This document shows, piece after piece, positions 1 through 11,861 of a stretch of 32,000 nucleotides of DNA (the first letter of the stretch is position 1; every line of letters begins with the position of its first letter). The translations under genes were made by a program, and so were the position numbers. Under the pieces are notes generated by a model that was not told the origin of the DNA, did no database searches, and was given only the letters and a program-made list of their open reading frames with translations. This DNA comes from Candidatus Hadarchaeales archaeon (GTDB lineage Archaea > Hadarchaeota > Hadarchaeia > Hadarchaeales > Hadarchaeaceae): NCBI GenBank assembly GCA_038823825.1, contig JAWBCC010000006.1:2811-34810 (forward strand), in the 5' to 3' direction.

Positions 1-3000
1 CTTGAAATAGAGAGGAAACTTCACCTCCGAGACCACAGCGATAACTGCCTTCGAGTGCCAATAGTCTAAAGGTTATCTGATTGTTTTTCTGCAGTACCTC
101 GGCCGGAGCATCGGTGTAGATAAAAAGATCATTGCCGATGGGGTGGAACTGAAGCAAAGCAAGTTCGGGAAGCATGCCGGCGCAGTACGGAGGTTGACTT
201 ATCGCTCCCAATTTCTCGTCTACTCTAGATATCCCAAAACCCTCAAGAGGGATGAACCAGTTCGGATTTACTGGCAGAGACCACTCCTTCGGTATCCCGG
301 TGTAGATATTTGATTTGTCTGTATGGAATGGCGCAAGAGAATCTCTCGCAGACGTTCCTTTATATCGCAAAAGTTCTGAAGTAAGCTGTGCGGCTTCCGG
401 CATCAGAACATCACGGCCTTCTTTGAGGTAAAGATAGAGATACTTTATGAGTGCCTGCTCTTCCCAACCATTGGCATATGAGAGGTTCGGCCTAGCACTA
501 GTCAGGAGAAATATAATTCTATTTTCATAGTTTTGGACCCCCCAACGGAAATCCGGATTGAACAGCCAGGAATCCCTCAAAATCGTGGCGAGCGGTATGT
601 ATGAACCTTCCAGATAACGGAGATCTCCGGTTATTTCATAAAGTCTGAGTAAAGCCAGTGCTCCTATGGGTGTTGCAAAAAACTCGTATGAAAATTCAAA
701 TCCCATGTTCAGCAGAGCTTCGGCAGCTCTTTTCGCTTCGTTCAAAAATTCGATATTGTCCGTGAACTTATAGTAATAAAGCATTATGAAAATATATTGG
801 CCAACAGCCTCAAATTGATACCCCCCATCTTCTATCGGAGCACTATTGTAGACATTCACGCGGAACGTAAATATGTAGTCGACGCCCCTTCCCAAATCCA
901 TAATGACGTCGGCTGTGTCAACAAACATACTCTTGACATTTTCGGAGCCAAAGTATTCAGCGTAAATCGCCCACTCGCAATAGTCGTAGAGAAAATGAAC
1001 CGGCTCAACCGTTCCTCCCCCTCCGAAAATTCCTCGACTCCCTTTCGCATTCACGTAATTTGGATTGTATTTCCCTGCGATTATCCTCTCCGCGTTCTCC
1101 GTGAATTTTAAAGCATTCTCTGACTTGAATTTATCAGCATAAATGGAGTAGGAGGTAATGCCATAGGGGTGAAGACCACCACTTCTGCCGATCTTAGCGA
1201 GTTCAGCGTTCTGTTCTTTGAGATCCCTTATGGAGTTCTCAACTACTCCGGGCCAATAAGTGTACACTGTCTGCGGTTTCTCAACTAGTTGGTAAATAGC
1301 ATAAAGGTTTTTGATGAATATCTTCATGTACTCTATTGTACTGTAAACGCTCGGACATGCTGGATAAAGTGAAAAAATACCGTTGGAGACCAACAGATTG
1401 AAGTTTTCCGGCAAGATTCCCTTGTTAGAGGGCACATCATAACCGAAGGTTATGGGCAACGTTTTGGATGTTCGGAAGAATCCTGGAGGTTGCCGAACTA
1501 CGTCATTCGAATGGTGAGTGTAACCATCTATAACCGTGAAAAAGTTTCCAGAATATTGGAAGAACCTGTTCAGAGAGGTGAAGTCGCAGTAGTAAAGAAA
1601 TGTAGATTTCAAAACTGTTGGGTCTCCAAAAAATATGAACTGATTTAGATCACGGCAGTATTCGTCGTGCAAGCCACCGCTCCAAGCGTTTGGAAGTCCA
1701 TCGAGGTAATCTCTGAGTAAGGGATCTATGTTCGAGCCCGCGTTATCGGTATAACGGAACTCCGGATATACTCCGGAAAAGAAACTCTGAGAAATATTGG
1801 ATGACGGTCTTATATACAGCCTATAATTGACTGTTCTCGGCAAATCCTTGGGAAGGATCACCTGAACCTCGTATTGACCCCAAGAGAGCGTGCCTACTAT
1901 TTTCCCTGTTATAGCGTTTTCCATGTTTTCGACCGTAACTCCAAACACGTTAGACGGACTGAGCACTTGTAGGTATGGGTCCCCTCCACCAGGAACTAGC
2001 CTAAGAATCCTCGATGGTCCGGAGTTTTCGGGGTAAATTGAGATATATTCCTGAGATTTTCTGTACTCTATTATGTATTCACCTGTTCTGAAGGTGAAAC
2101 CGTTTTCATCTTGATTGAGTACGTTCACATCTACTATCTCAAACATGAAAACCGGAGAGGGAGTTTTTCTTCCGGATTTTCCAACTGCAAGTACTTGCCA
2201 GCTGTGTGTACCTATCGAAAGCGGTTGAGTTGTGTATTCGGTCAAACCTGCTGGGGTGTTTTCAACATTTATTCCGTCAATCCAAATTTCATAATGTGAA
2301 ATTTCTTCGCCATCCGTTTTCGCATTTTCCCAAACTAGTTTCGGAGTTCTATTAGAGATTGTTCTTCCATTCCAGGGTGAAAGTAGATTAAACGGAGATG
2401 GTTTTGGCCTAGTGTCTACCCTAAACCAGCGAACCTCGGAGGGTGTTTCTCCATTATCATTTACTGATAGCAGACGCCAGTAGTATGTACCATCGGATAA
2501 AGGTATCAGAGTCTGATAGTTACGCCGATCAGCATCTAGAGTCTCGCTGATGATTATCTCCGTAAAATCTTGGCTTGCTGAGATCTGCAGTACCTGACGT
2601 GAGGTGATTGGAGAGGGCGTCCATTCGAAACTGGGATTTCGTCCGGTTGTTTCCCCATTCATTGGAGATTTGAGAGTTGCTGGAGGAGGAGGTCCGGGCC
2701 ACACTTCTTCAGATCCAACAGAGACCTGGGGCTCGGAACTCGAATACCTGCGGACAAAGAACCAGTCAAAGTGATAAGAAGAAGTGCCTCCACTATCCCA
2801 AACGGCTAGGTTGTATTTGTCGCAGTAGTTATTTGCGTCTGTCAGAGGGTTCCAATTGTTGGTTTTCTCAGAAGATACCCAGAGAATCTGTCTGTAGTTT
2901 TGATTGTCTTCGCCGAAAAGAAATCTCGTTCGAATTTTGTTATTTAAATAAAGGAAGACCTGTCCAATATACCATTTGCCCTGTTCCACAATCGCTGGAG

Positions 3001-3702
3001 ATTGCTCACCGTCGGAGAAAAAGCGAATTCCGGAAATATTATGAATGCAGGCATATTCTTTTTGACCACCAAAGTTTCCTGGACCGCTCAGAACAAGACC
3101 TCCACGGTAAGCAGATCTGGCTCTAACTCTGAACTCCAAGACGCGCTCGACAGACATTTCAGATGAGGGCGGTTTCTTTTCTATTTTTGTCATGGAATCT
3201 CCAAAATCGAAAAGTGTGACGTGCTCACCTCTCCAGCCCACGCCGAAGGTGTTCACAACTCCCCACGCCTTCCGGTTTCTGTAACCTCCAAAGTCGTCGA
3301 AGAAGAGGAAGACATCTTCACCGTTCTCCGCGCTCTCAGCGTTCTGGTTTCCGTAATACATCCAGATTTCGCTGTCTGAGTTCTCAAGCCTTCTCACCCA
3401 GACAACGTTTGTGTATTCTCCCTCGTTTTTTTCAATCCAGTAGGGAAGAATCCCTCCCGTTTCATTTTCCAAAAATCTCATGCTAGGATATGCAATTTTG
3501 GGAATCTCTGGCGGAATGACGATTTTTATCTGGAAATTCTCCGGGTGAGAGCCACTTATTATAATTTTTCTTCTGTAGGGCCAGTTATCATTCCACCAAG
3601 AGGGAGCCTGAGAATCCGAAGGGACCTCGGGAAAACAAATCGGCACGACTGAAAGCAGTATTATGAATGAAAGAGATAGGACAAAGATTCTGTGTGGCTT
3701 CA
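1..3702 (-). CDS. Large secreted multidomain protein, C-terminal end cut by the window edge. It has a DUF2341-like/concanavalin-lectin-like N-terminal module, two Fn3/Ig-like beta repeats and a helical toroid-like C-terminal region. There is an apparent frameshift between the signal peptide and the body near 3659-3661, so it may be a pseudogene or carry a sequence error.
   Basis: Minus-strand triplets in register 3k+2 contain no stop from 3706 down to position 2 (checked line by line). The ORF is absent from the track because it has no stop inside the window. The body reads ..ILLSVVPICFPEVPSDSQAPSWWNDNWPYRRKIIISG..MRFLENETGGILPYWIEKNEGEYTNVVWVRRLENSDSEIWMYYGNQNAES, a DUF2341-type signature. 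Two beta-rich repeats of about 90 aa follow (..GTYYWRLLSVNDNGETPSEVRWFRVD and ..GTHSWQVLAVGKSGRKTPSPVFMFEI, roughly 2135-2692). ATG at 3702 in the other frame gives MKPHRIFVLSLSFI, a signal-peptide n/h-region. Confidence 0.8.
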
Positions 3703-3729
3703 TGTATTTAATTTGTTGACATGTAAGTG

Positions 3730-3752
3730 TATAAAATCTTTTCGTCGAAAAG
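3730..3752. promoter_or_regulatory. Divergent promoter element: a TATA-like box (tataaaa / TTTTATA) abutting the perfect palindrome CTTTTCG-T-CGAAAAG
   Basis: The TATA-like box at 3730-3737 lies about 30 nt upstream of ATG 3702 on the minus strand. The 7+7 bp palindrome is at 3738-3752. TTCGAA cores recur at 3766-3771 and 3826-3831. Confidence 0.35.
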
Positions 3753-3800
3753 CTGTAAACGAATCTTCGAACAGAATAAATTCCGAGTAGTGTGAAAAAG

Positions 3801-3808
3801 TTTTAAAG
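3801..3808 (+). promoter_or_regulatory. Candidate TATA box (TTTTAAAG) for the nrdD operon
   Basis: AT-rich box preceded by purine-rich GAAAAAG, 34-41 nt upstream of ATG 3842. Confidence 0.4.
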
Positions 3809-3841
3809 TGAATTGTTAAGACTTTTTCGAAGGTTGAGAAG

Positions 3842-5965
3842 ATGGTTGTAACTTACAGGAGCAAAGATAATATTGGTCTACCATCACTTCCTAAGAAAGT
3901 CAGAAAGAGAGGTGGACGGCTTCAGGATTTTGATCCTGAAAAAATCACACGGGGGATTTTCCGCGCCGCACAAGATGTAGGCGGAACTGACAGAAGACTT
4001 GCCGAGATGATAACTCGAGAGGTTCTGGAAAAGCTTCCGAAAGAGGAGATAGTAGACACGAGAACAATTGGAGACATTGTTGAGAAAGTTCTAATAGAAA
4101 GAGGACATGCAAAAACAGCGAAAGCGTATATTCTCTATCGTAGACATAGAGAGGAGCTTCACCGTTTGAGATTAACATCGCTTGAGGTAGAGAGGCTAGT
4201 GGATGAGTATATTGGAAGAATAGATTGGCGAGTCAATGAAAACGCAAACGTTCCTGTATCTATGAGCGGCCTCGAACACCACGTGGCCGGAGTTGTTATC
4301 AGCAACTACACTTTATCGAGAGTATACCCGTTAGAGATATCTGATGCTCATGTGAATGGAGATTATCATATCCATGATCTTTATAGGGGGATAACCGGAT
4401 ATTGCGCCGGTTGGAGTCTTCCAAAACTTTTGCAGGAAGGGTTTAACGGAGTTCCACACCGGGTGTCTTCAAAGCCGCCAAAACATCTTGACACAGCACT
4501 TCTTCAGATGGTGAACTTCATTGGAACTCTTAGCAATGAGTGGGCTGGAGCAATGGCCTTTAACTCTGTCGACACTCTACTTGCTCCGTTTGTGAGAAAA
4601 GATAAACTCGATTATAAGCATGTTAAGCAAGCAATACAGACATTCGTGTTTAATTTGAACGTAACAACAAGATTTGGCGGTCAAACTCCATTCACCAACA
4701 TAACATTGGATTTAACGATTCCGGAAGATCTTGCTAACCAGCCCGCCATTGTTGGAGGCGAACCTTGGGAGCCCTATGGCGACTTCCAAGAGGAAGCAAA
4801 CATGATTAACAGAGCTTTCTTGGAGGTTTTCATGGAAGGTGATGCGGACGGAAGACCGATGACATTTCCTATCCCAACTTATGGAATAACTAAGGATTTC
4901 GAATGGGATTCCGATCTAGCCGATCTTCTGTTCGAAATGACTTCAAAATATGGACTGGCGTACTTCAGCAATTTCATCAGCTCGGATTTGCGACTGAGTG
5001 ATGTTCGTTCTATGTGTTGTAGGCTTAGACTAGATCTAAGGGAACTAAGAAACAAGGTTGCTGGAGGTCTTTTCGGAGCGGCAGATGCTACCGGTAGCGT
5101 TGGTGTTGTTACAATCAATCTTCCGAGAATTGGTTATCTCAGCAGAAACGAGGACGAGTTCTTTGAGAGACTGAGTTATATAATGGAGCTGGCGAAGAAA
5201 TCGCTTGAGATAAAGCGCACGCTTGTGGAAAGAAATATGCAAAATGGGCTTCTTCCATATACCCTGAGATATCTTGGAACGCTCGAGAATCACTTCTCCA
5301 CAATAGGACTCGTCGGTATGCACGAGGCTTGCCTGAACTTGCTAGGAGTCGGAATAGACACACAGGAGGGGCATGAATTCGCGATAAAAGTTTTAGATTT
5401 CATGAGGGAGAGAATATCAGATTTTCAGGAAGAAACTGGCCATCTGTTTAACTTGGAAGCAACACCAGCTGAATCTACGTCTTACAGGCTGGCCCTTATC
5501 GACAAACAGAAGTATCCACAAATAAAAACCTCCGGATCTAAGACACCGTATTACACGAACTCTACACAACTCCCAGTCAACTATAAAATGACTCTTGCAG
5601 AGGTCGTAAAGCATCAAGAGCCGCTGCAGGTTCGTTACACTGGAGGGACTGTGCTACATGTGTTTGTGGGTGAGGAAGCCCCAGACAAAAACGGATGTAA
5701 GGTTTTAATCAGACGGATTTTCGAAAAGAGTAGATTACCTTATGTCACAATCACGCCAACGTTCTCGATATGTCCAGATCACGGATATATGCGGGGAAAA
5801 TATTATAACTGTCCCAAATGTGGAAAACAGGCAGAAGTTTACTCAAGAATTGTCGGTTATTTCAGACCTGTGCAAGATTGGAATGCGGGAAAGAAGGAAG
5901 AGTTCGAAGAAAGAAGTTACTACGACAGAAGAATCGAAGAAATCTCATCTAGAGTAGAGGTATAA
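3842..5965 (+). CDS. nrdD: Anaerobic ribonucleoside-triphosphate reductase, class III (NrdD) with N-terminal ATP-cone
   Basis: 707 aa. It has an ATP-cone-like N-terminus (KVRKRGGRLQDFDPEKITRGI), a C-terminal metal site CPDHG..CPKCG and the glycyl-radical motif SRIVGYFRPV. Confidence 0.93.
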   Translation: MVVTYRSKDNIGLPSLPKKVRKRGGRLQDFDPEKITRGIFRAAQDVGGTDRRLAEMITREVLEKLPKEEIVDTRTIGDIVEKVLIERGHAKTAKAYILYRRHREELHRLRLTSLEVERLVDEYIGRIDWRVNENANVPVSMSGLEHHVAGVVISNYTLSRVYPLEISDAHVNGDYHIHDLYRGITGYCAGWSLPKLLQEGFNGVPHRVSSKPPKHLDTALLQMVNFIGTLSNEWAGAMAFNSVDTLLAPFVRKDKLDYKHVKQAIQTFVFNLNVTTRFGGQTPFTNITLDLTIPEDLANQPAIVGGEPWEPYGDFQEEANMINRAFLEVFMEGDADGRPMTFPIPTYGITKDFEWDSDLADLLFEMTSKYGLAYFSNFISSDLRLSDVRSMCCRLRLDLRELRNKVAGGLFGAADATGSVGVVTINLPRIGYLSRNEDEFFERLSYIMELAKKSLEIKRTLVERNMQNGLLPYTLRYLGTLENHFSTIGLVGMHEACLNLLGVGIDTQEGHEFAIKVLDFMRERISDFQEETGHLFNLEATPAESTSYRLALIDKQKYPQIKTSGSKTPYYTNSTQLPVNYKMTLAEVVKHQEPLQVRYTGGTVLHVFVGEEAPDKNGCKVLIRRIFEKSRLPYVTITPTFSICPDHGYMRGKYYNCPKCGKQAEVYSRIVGYFRPVQDWNAGKKEEFEERSYYDRRIEEISSRVEV

Positions 5966-5998
5966 ACTGTCAATATGAAGTAGTTCAGGGGACTTGGG

Positions 5999-6610
5999 AT
6001 GCTGCTGTCAGATAGAGACATTCTTGAAGAAATGAAAAACAAAAATATCATAATTGAACCGTTTGATCCTGCAAGATTGCAGCCGAATGGTTATGATATC
6101 TCTGTTGGTCCTGTCTATTACTGCCTGCGTCCAGATTTGGATGTTCTTTTTCCGTTTGATAAGGAGCTACTCGAGAAAGCTTTCGTGAGGAAAGTTGCGG
6201 AAACTAGAACGATTGAAGTTGGGGGGAAAAAGTTCCGCGGCAGGTTCATAGAGATTCCTCCACACGGATTTGTGCTCGCAGCGACCAGCGAGAGAGTCGG
6301 GACGAGAAATGGCGTAGTGGCATCGATACGCACGAGATCTTCTCTAGCGAGATGTGGGATTTGTGTAGTGAGGGGAGCAGGCTGGGGGGATGTCGGGTTT
6401 GACGGTGTTTGGACAATAGAGATTCAGTCGGCGATAGACAAGACGTTTTACTTACCGGTCGGGTTGAGGGTTGGACAAATGGTTTTCTTCAAAACGAGAA
6501 GCCCGCCTCAAAACCCATATCAAGGAAAATATTCTGGATTTTCAGAGCCAGTTCTTCCATCACTTTACAAAGACAAAGAGCTGAGTAAATTAGTGGAGGA
6601 AATAAAGTGA
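5999..6610 (+). CDS. dcd: dCTP deaminase family protein (possibly bifunctional dCTP deaminase/dUTPase)
   Basis: 203 aa. It starts MLLSDRDILE..IIIEPF and carries RTRSSLARCG and AGWGDVGFDGVWTIEI motifs of the Dcd/Dut fold. Its stop overlaps the thyX GTG start (GTGA). Confidence 0.88.
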   Translation: MLLSDRDILEEMKNKNIIIEPFDPARLQPNGYDISVGPVYYCLRPDLDVLFPFDKELLEKAFVRKVAETRTIEVGGKKFRGRFIEIPPHGFVLAATSERVGTRNGVVASIRTRSSLARCGICVVRGAGWGDVGFDGVWTIEIQSAIDKTFYLPVGLRVGQMVFFKTRSPPQNPYQGKYSGFSEPVLPSLYKDKELSKLVEEIK

Positions 6611-7278
6611 AGGTGGAGCTTCTGGCTTTCACACCAGACCCGGAGAAAATAGCAGCAGTGTCTGCAAGATCTTGTAGGTCGATGAAGAGTGCAAAGGAAC
6701 TTTTGGAAAGCGAGAATGAGGAGAAGCTTCTAAAGGTTCTGAAAACATGTGTGGAGCTCGGACATACATCCGTTTTAGAACACGCTGTGTTCACTTTTTC
6801 CATATCTGGCATTTCGCGAGCTTGTACGCATGAGCTTGTTCGCCACCGGATAGCCAGTTATTCTCAACAGAGCCAGAGAACAGTAAAAATGGAAAGCGAT
6901 ATTTATATCGTTCCACCAAGCGTCAGGGAAAAACCCGAGGCGATGGCTGTCTATCAAGAAGTGATGACGAAAGTGAAAGACGCATATTCAAAACTCGTGG
7001 AAATGGGAATTCCTCTTGAAGATGCGAGATACGTTTTAACAAATGCGACCCCAACGAACATCGTTGTGACAATGAATGCAAGATCTCTTCTGAATTTCTT
7101 CGAGCTGAGGTGCTGTTTGAAAGCACAATGGGAGATCAGAGAACTGGCGAACGAAATGTTGAGGCTTGTAAAGAAAATCGCGCCAAGAATTTTTGAAAAA
7201 GCTGGACCGCCCTGCATAAGCAGAAAGACTTGTCCGTATAAAGATGAGAGTTGTCCAATGTTCAAGGTGACCCTTTGA
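6607..7278 (+). CDS. thyX: Flavin-dependent thymidylate synthase ThyX
   Basis: 223 aa with the ThyX signature RHRIASYSQQSQR. The GTG start overlaps the dcd stop. Confidence 0.92.
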   Translation: MKVELLAFTPDPEKIAAVSARSCRSMKSAKELLESENEEKLLKVLKTCVELGHTSVLEHAVFTFSISGISRACTHELVRHRIASYSQQSQRTVKMESDIYIVPPSVREKPEAMAVYQEVMTKVKDAYSKLVEMGIPLEDARYVLTNATPTNIVVTMNARSLLNFFELRCCLKAQWEIRELANEMLRLVKKIAPRIFEKAGPPCISRKTCPYKDESCPMFKVTL

Positions 7279-8000
7279 TCTCTGGAGTTGTTCCTCTTTC
7301 AACGATAGATTGGCCGGGAAAAATTTCGGTTGTTGTTTTCATGAGCGGATGCAATATGCGGTGTCCCTGGTGCCAAAACCCAGATTGCGTGCTTGGGGGA
7401 GTTAAAATGGAAATAGAGGAAGTTTTACGAACAATTGAAAGATCCATTCCAATGATCGACGCCATAATCCTTTCTGGAGGAGAACCAACACTTCATCCGC
7501 AGGAATGTTTTGAAATCCTAAAGTTTGGAAAAAAGCTCGGACTTCTCGGAGCTTTAGAAACGAATGGAACACAGCCAGAAGTCTTGAGGGAGATCCTTCC
7601 ATATTTGGACTTCTTGGCTGTGGACGTGAAGGCGCCCATATCCGACCCGAATCTTTACTCACTGGTCGCCGGTGGAGTTCAGGTGGATACGGGAAAGATC
7701 GTGGAAAGTTTGAAAATTGCCATGGATTCTGGCATCGAACTGGAGCCTAGGACAACAATTGTGCCAGGACTGAACGACAATGAAACAATCGTTGAGAGAA
7801 TCTGCAGGGATCTTCACGAAATCGGGGTGCGAAAACTCAGATTAACACAGTTCAGAAATGAGAGAACTCTTGACCCGGAGTTCCAGAAGATACAACCGCC
7901 CAGCAGAGAAAAACTCATAAAGCTGGCACAGATTGCCCACCATTTGAAAATAGATGTGTGTATATTCACGGCGGAACGGGGATTGGAAAAAATTTCATGA
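7251..8000 (+). CDS. nrdG: Anaerobic ribonucleotide reductase activating enzyme (radical SAM, NrdG-like)
   Basis: 249 aa with the radical-SAM cluster CNMRCPWCQN. An alternative TTG start at 7275 would give a TTGA overlap with the thyX stop. Confidence 0.8.
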   Translation: MSNVQGDPLISGVVPLSTIDWPGKISVVVFMSGCNMRCPWCQNPDCVLGGVKMEIEEVLRTIERSIPMIDAIILSGGEPTLHPQECFEILKFGKKLGLLGALETNGTQPEVLREILPYLDFLAVDVKAPISDPNLYSLVAGGVQVDTGKIVESLKIAMDSGIELEPRTTIVPGLNDNETIVERICRDLHEIGVRKLRLTQFRNERTLDPEFQKIQPPSREKLIKLAQIAHHLKIDVCIFTAERGLEKIS

Positions 8001-8017
8001 ATCGAAGTTTTCGTCAG

Positions 8018-8833
8018 CTATAGCTTTCCGGTGAGTACCCGGATGAGTCTTTCGCTTGTCTCCGTCAGAGATGACTGCTGAAGCTGGGGAGGATCTGCTT
8101 TTCCAACGATTATTTCGGCGAGCTTGTATATCGCCTCTGAGGCTTTGCAGTCCGGGTCGTAAACAACAAATGGCATCCCATGAAGCTCTGCCTCCTGAAC
8201 TTTTCTGTCCTCCGGAATCTCGGTCAAGACATGAATTCCTTCGTATGCTCTGCTCAAAAACTCCTCTATTTCCTCGGGTGGGACTTCGGATTTTCTTTCA
8301 ACACGATTAACGACTACCCCTCTCGCCCAGCAACCCATCAAACCAGCGAAGCGGAGAACTTTGTAACCGTCAACTATGCTTGTGTAGGTGGGATTGCAAA
8401 CGAGAAGCATCTCCTTGGCAGCAGCCATTGAGAGTATTGTTGTTTCTTGAAGACCTGCGGGGGCATCTATAAGGATGAAATCCGAAGAACTCAGAAGATC
8501 TTGAATAACTTGGCGGACCTTTTTTCTATCTACTCCTGCGAGGGCTTCGTGGGCATCCTCGAACCTGAAGCCTGCCGGGAGTAGTCTTACCCCGTGGCTT
8601 TCCCTCAAGGCTTCCGAAAGTTTTGCTCTACCTTTGATGACGTCGAGCAGACTCGCTTTTATCTGGTCTATGCCCATTACAAGAGCGAGGTTGGCCATCG
8701 TCAAGTCGGCATCCAAAATCGTGACTTTCTTACCCATAGCGGAAAGAGCCACACCTAAATTTGCCGCCAAGGTTGTCTTTCCCGTTCCTCCTTTACCGGA
8801 GGTTATCGAAATAGATCTGGGCCTGGGACGCAC
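8018..8833 (-). CDS. MinD/ParA-family P-loop ATPase
   Basis: 271 aa with the deviant Walker A SGKGGTGKTT followed by ILDADL. GTG start. It is convergent with nrdG. Confidence 0.85.
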   Translation of the reverse strand: MRPRPRSISITSGKGGTGKTTLAANLGVALSAMGKKVTILDADLTMANLALVMGIDQIKASLLDVIKGRAKLSEALRESHGVRLLPAGFRFEDAHEALAGVDRKKVRQVIQDLLSSSDFILIDAPAGLQETTILSMAAAKEMLLVCNPTYTSIVDGYKVLRFAGLMGCWARGVVVNRVERKSEVPPEEIEEFLSRAYEGIHVLTEIPEDRKVQEAELHGMPFVVYDPDCKASEAIYKLAEIIVGKADPPQLQQSSLTETSERLIRVLTGKL

Positions 8834-8935
8834 TTTGCACCTCTCTTTTTATCGTGGCGAGGAGGTTTAAAAGTTAGAACATGACTATTTCTACGAATGT
8901 TTAAATTTCCTTAATACATAGAATAGTTTGATATC

Positions 8936-9505
8936 ATGACTGATAGAAAAAGGAGAAAACCATCAGACTTTTGGGATTGGGACGATTTCGAGGAACTTTT
9001 TGAAAAATTCATGAGAGATGCGTTAAGATTCTTCAAAGATATTGAAAAAGAGCAAGAGTTTTACATGCGCAAAGCACAACCAATGTTTGTTTCTTTTCGC
9101 ATCGTTCAAGATGGGAAAAATCCTCCAAGAATAGAATTTTCACGTGGTGGGCCTGGAATTCGACCGGTAGAAGAAGTAAGGCCACATAAAATCGAAATAA
9201 AGCCTGCAAAAATGGAGAAGAAACCCGGAGTGAAATACGAGGAAGCTCCGTATACTTACAATGTCGACCCGAGTAAAGTGAGCATCGAGATAAACGTTGA
9301 GGGTGTTGAAAGCGAAGATAACATCGAAATGGATTTCGGAGAGGAATCTGTCGAAGTGAAGATATACTCGCCGAAAACTGGAAAGAACTATTTTGCCGCA
9401 CTTCCCCTGCCTGGAGAAGTTAACCCAGATGAAACAGAGATAAAAGTTGAGAAAGACAAAGTTGTGATCAAAATCCCGCGTGGATACACAATCAGGCAGT
9501 ATTGA
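8936..9505 (+). CDS. Atypical small heat-shock-like protein (Hsp20/alpha-crystallin-like C-terminal domain)
   Basis: 189 aa. The N-terminus has FWDWDDFEELFEKF. The C-terminal segment VSIEINVEGVESEDNIEMDFGEESVEVKIY..ALPLPGEVNPDETEIKVEKDKVVIKIPR resembles an alpha-crystallin beta sandwich. TTTAAATT box at 8900-8907. The family call is by eye only. Confidence 0.55.
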   Translation: MTDRKRRKPSDFWDWDDFEELFEKFMRDALRFFKDIEKEQEFYMRKAQPMFVSFRIVQDGKNPPRIEFSRGGPGIRPVEEVRPHKIEIKPAKMEKKPGVKYEEAPYTYNVDPSKVSIEINVEGVESEDNIEMDFGEESVEVKIYSPKTGKNYFAALPLPGEVNPDETEIKVEKDKVVIKIPRGYTIRQY

Positions 9506-9611
9506 GTTTAGAATTTTACTCTCTTAGCGAGTGTGCGACTTGATCGAGAGAGATATTTAAGAATTCCAAAGACATTTGAATTGGTTATCCGAATTTAGAA
9601 TGGGGGAATAG

Positions 9612-11801
<2,190 letters not shown>

Positions 11802-11861
11802 CGTAACAGAACATTTCTGAAGGTTTATAAATAGTGTGTGTGATAAACGAATGGTGAGAGG

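Noticed and set aside
797-3126. Plus-strand ORFs 797-1111, 2111-2299 and 2677-3126, and minus-strand ORF 856-1050
   Set aside because: All overlap the continuous minus-strand reading frame of more than 1,230 codons (register 3k+2), which has clear domain signatures. These are shadow or off-frame ORFs.
3655-3665. Programmed -1 ribosomal frameshift as the explanation for the out-of-frame signal peptide
   Set aside because: A -1 slip after AUA would produce the right protein. However, there is no X XXY YYZ slippery heptamer and no obvious downstream stimulatory structure. An indel or pseudogene is more parsimonious.
8860-8935. Full Phr or HSR1 heat-shock operator upstream of the sHsp-like gene
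   Set aside because: Only a GTTAG half-site and a loose inverted repeat (GTTAGAA..TTCTAC) are present. The CTAAC-N5-GTTAG palindrome is not complete, and my recollection of the Phr consensus matches only partially.
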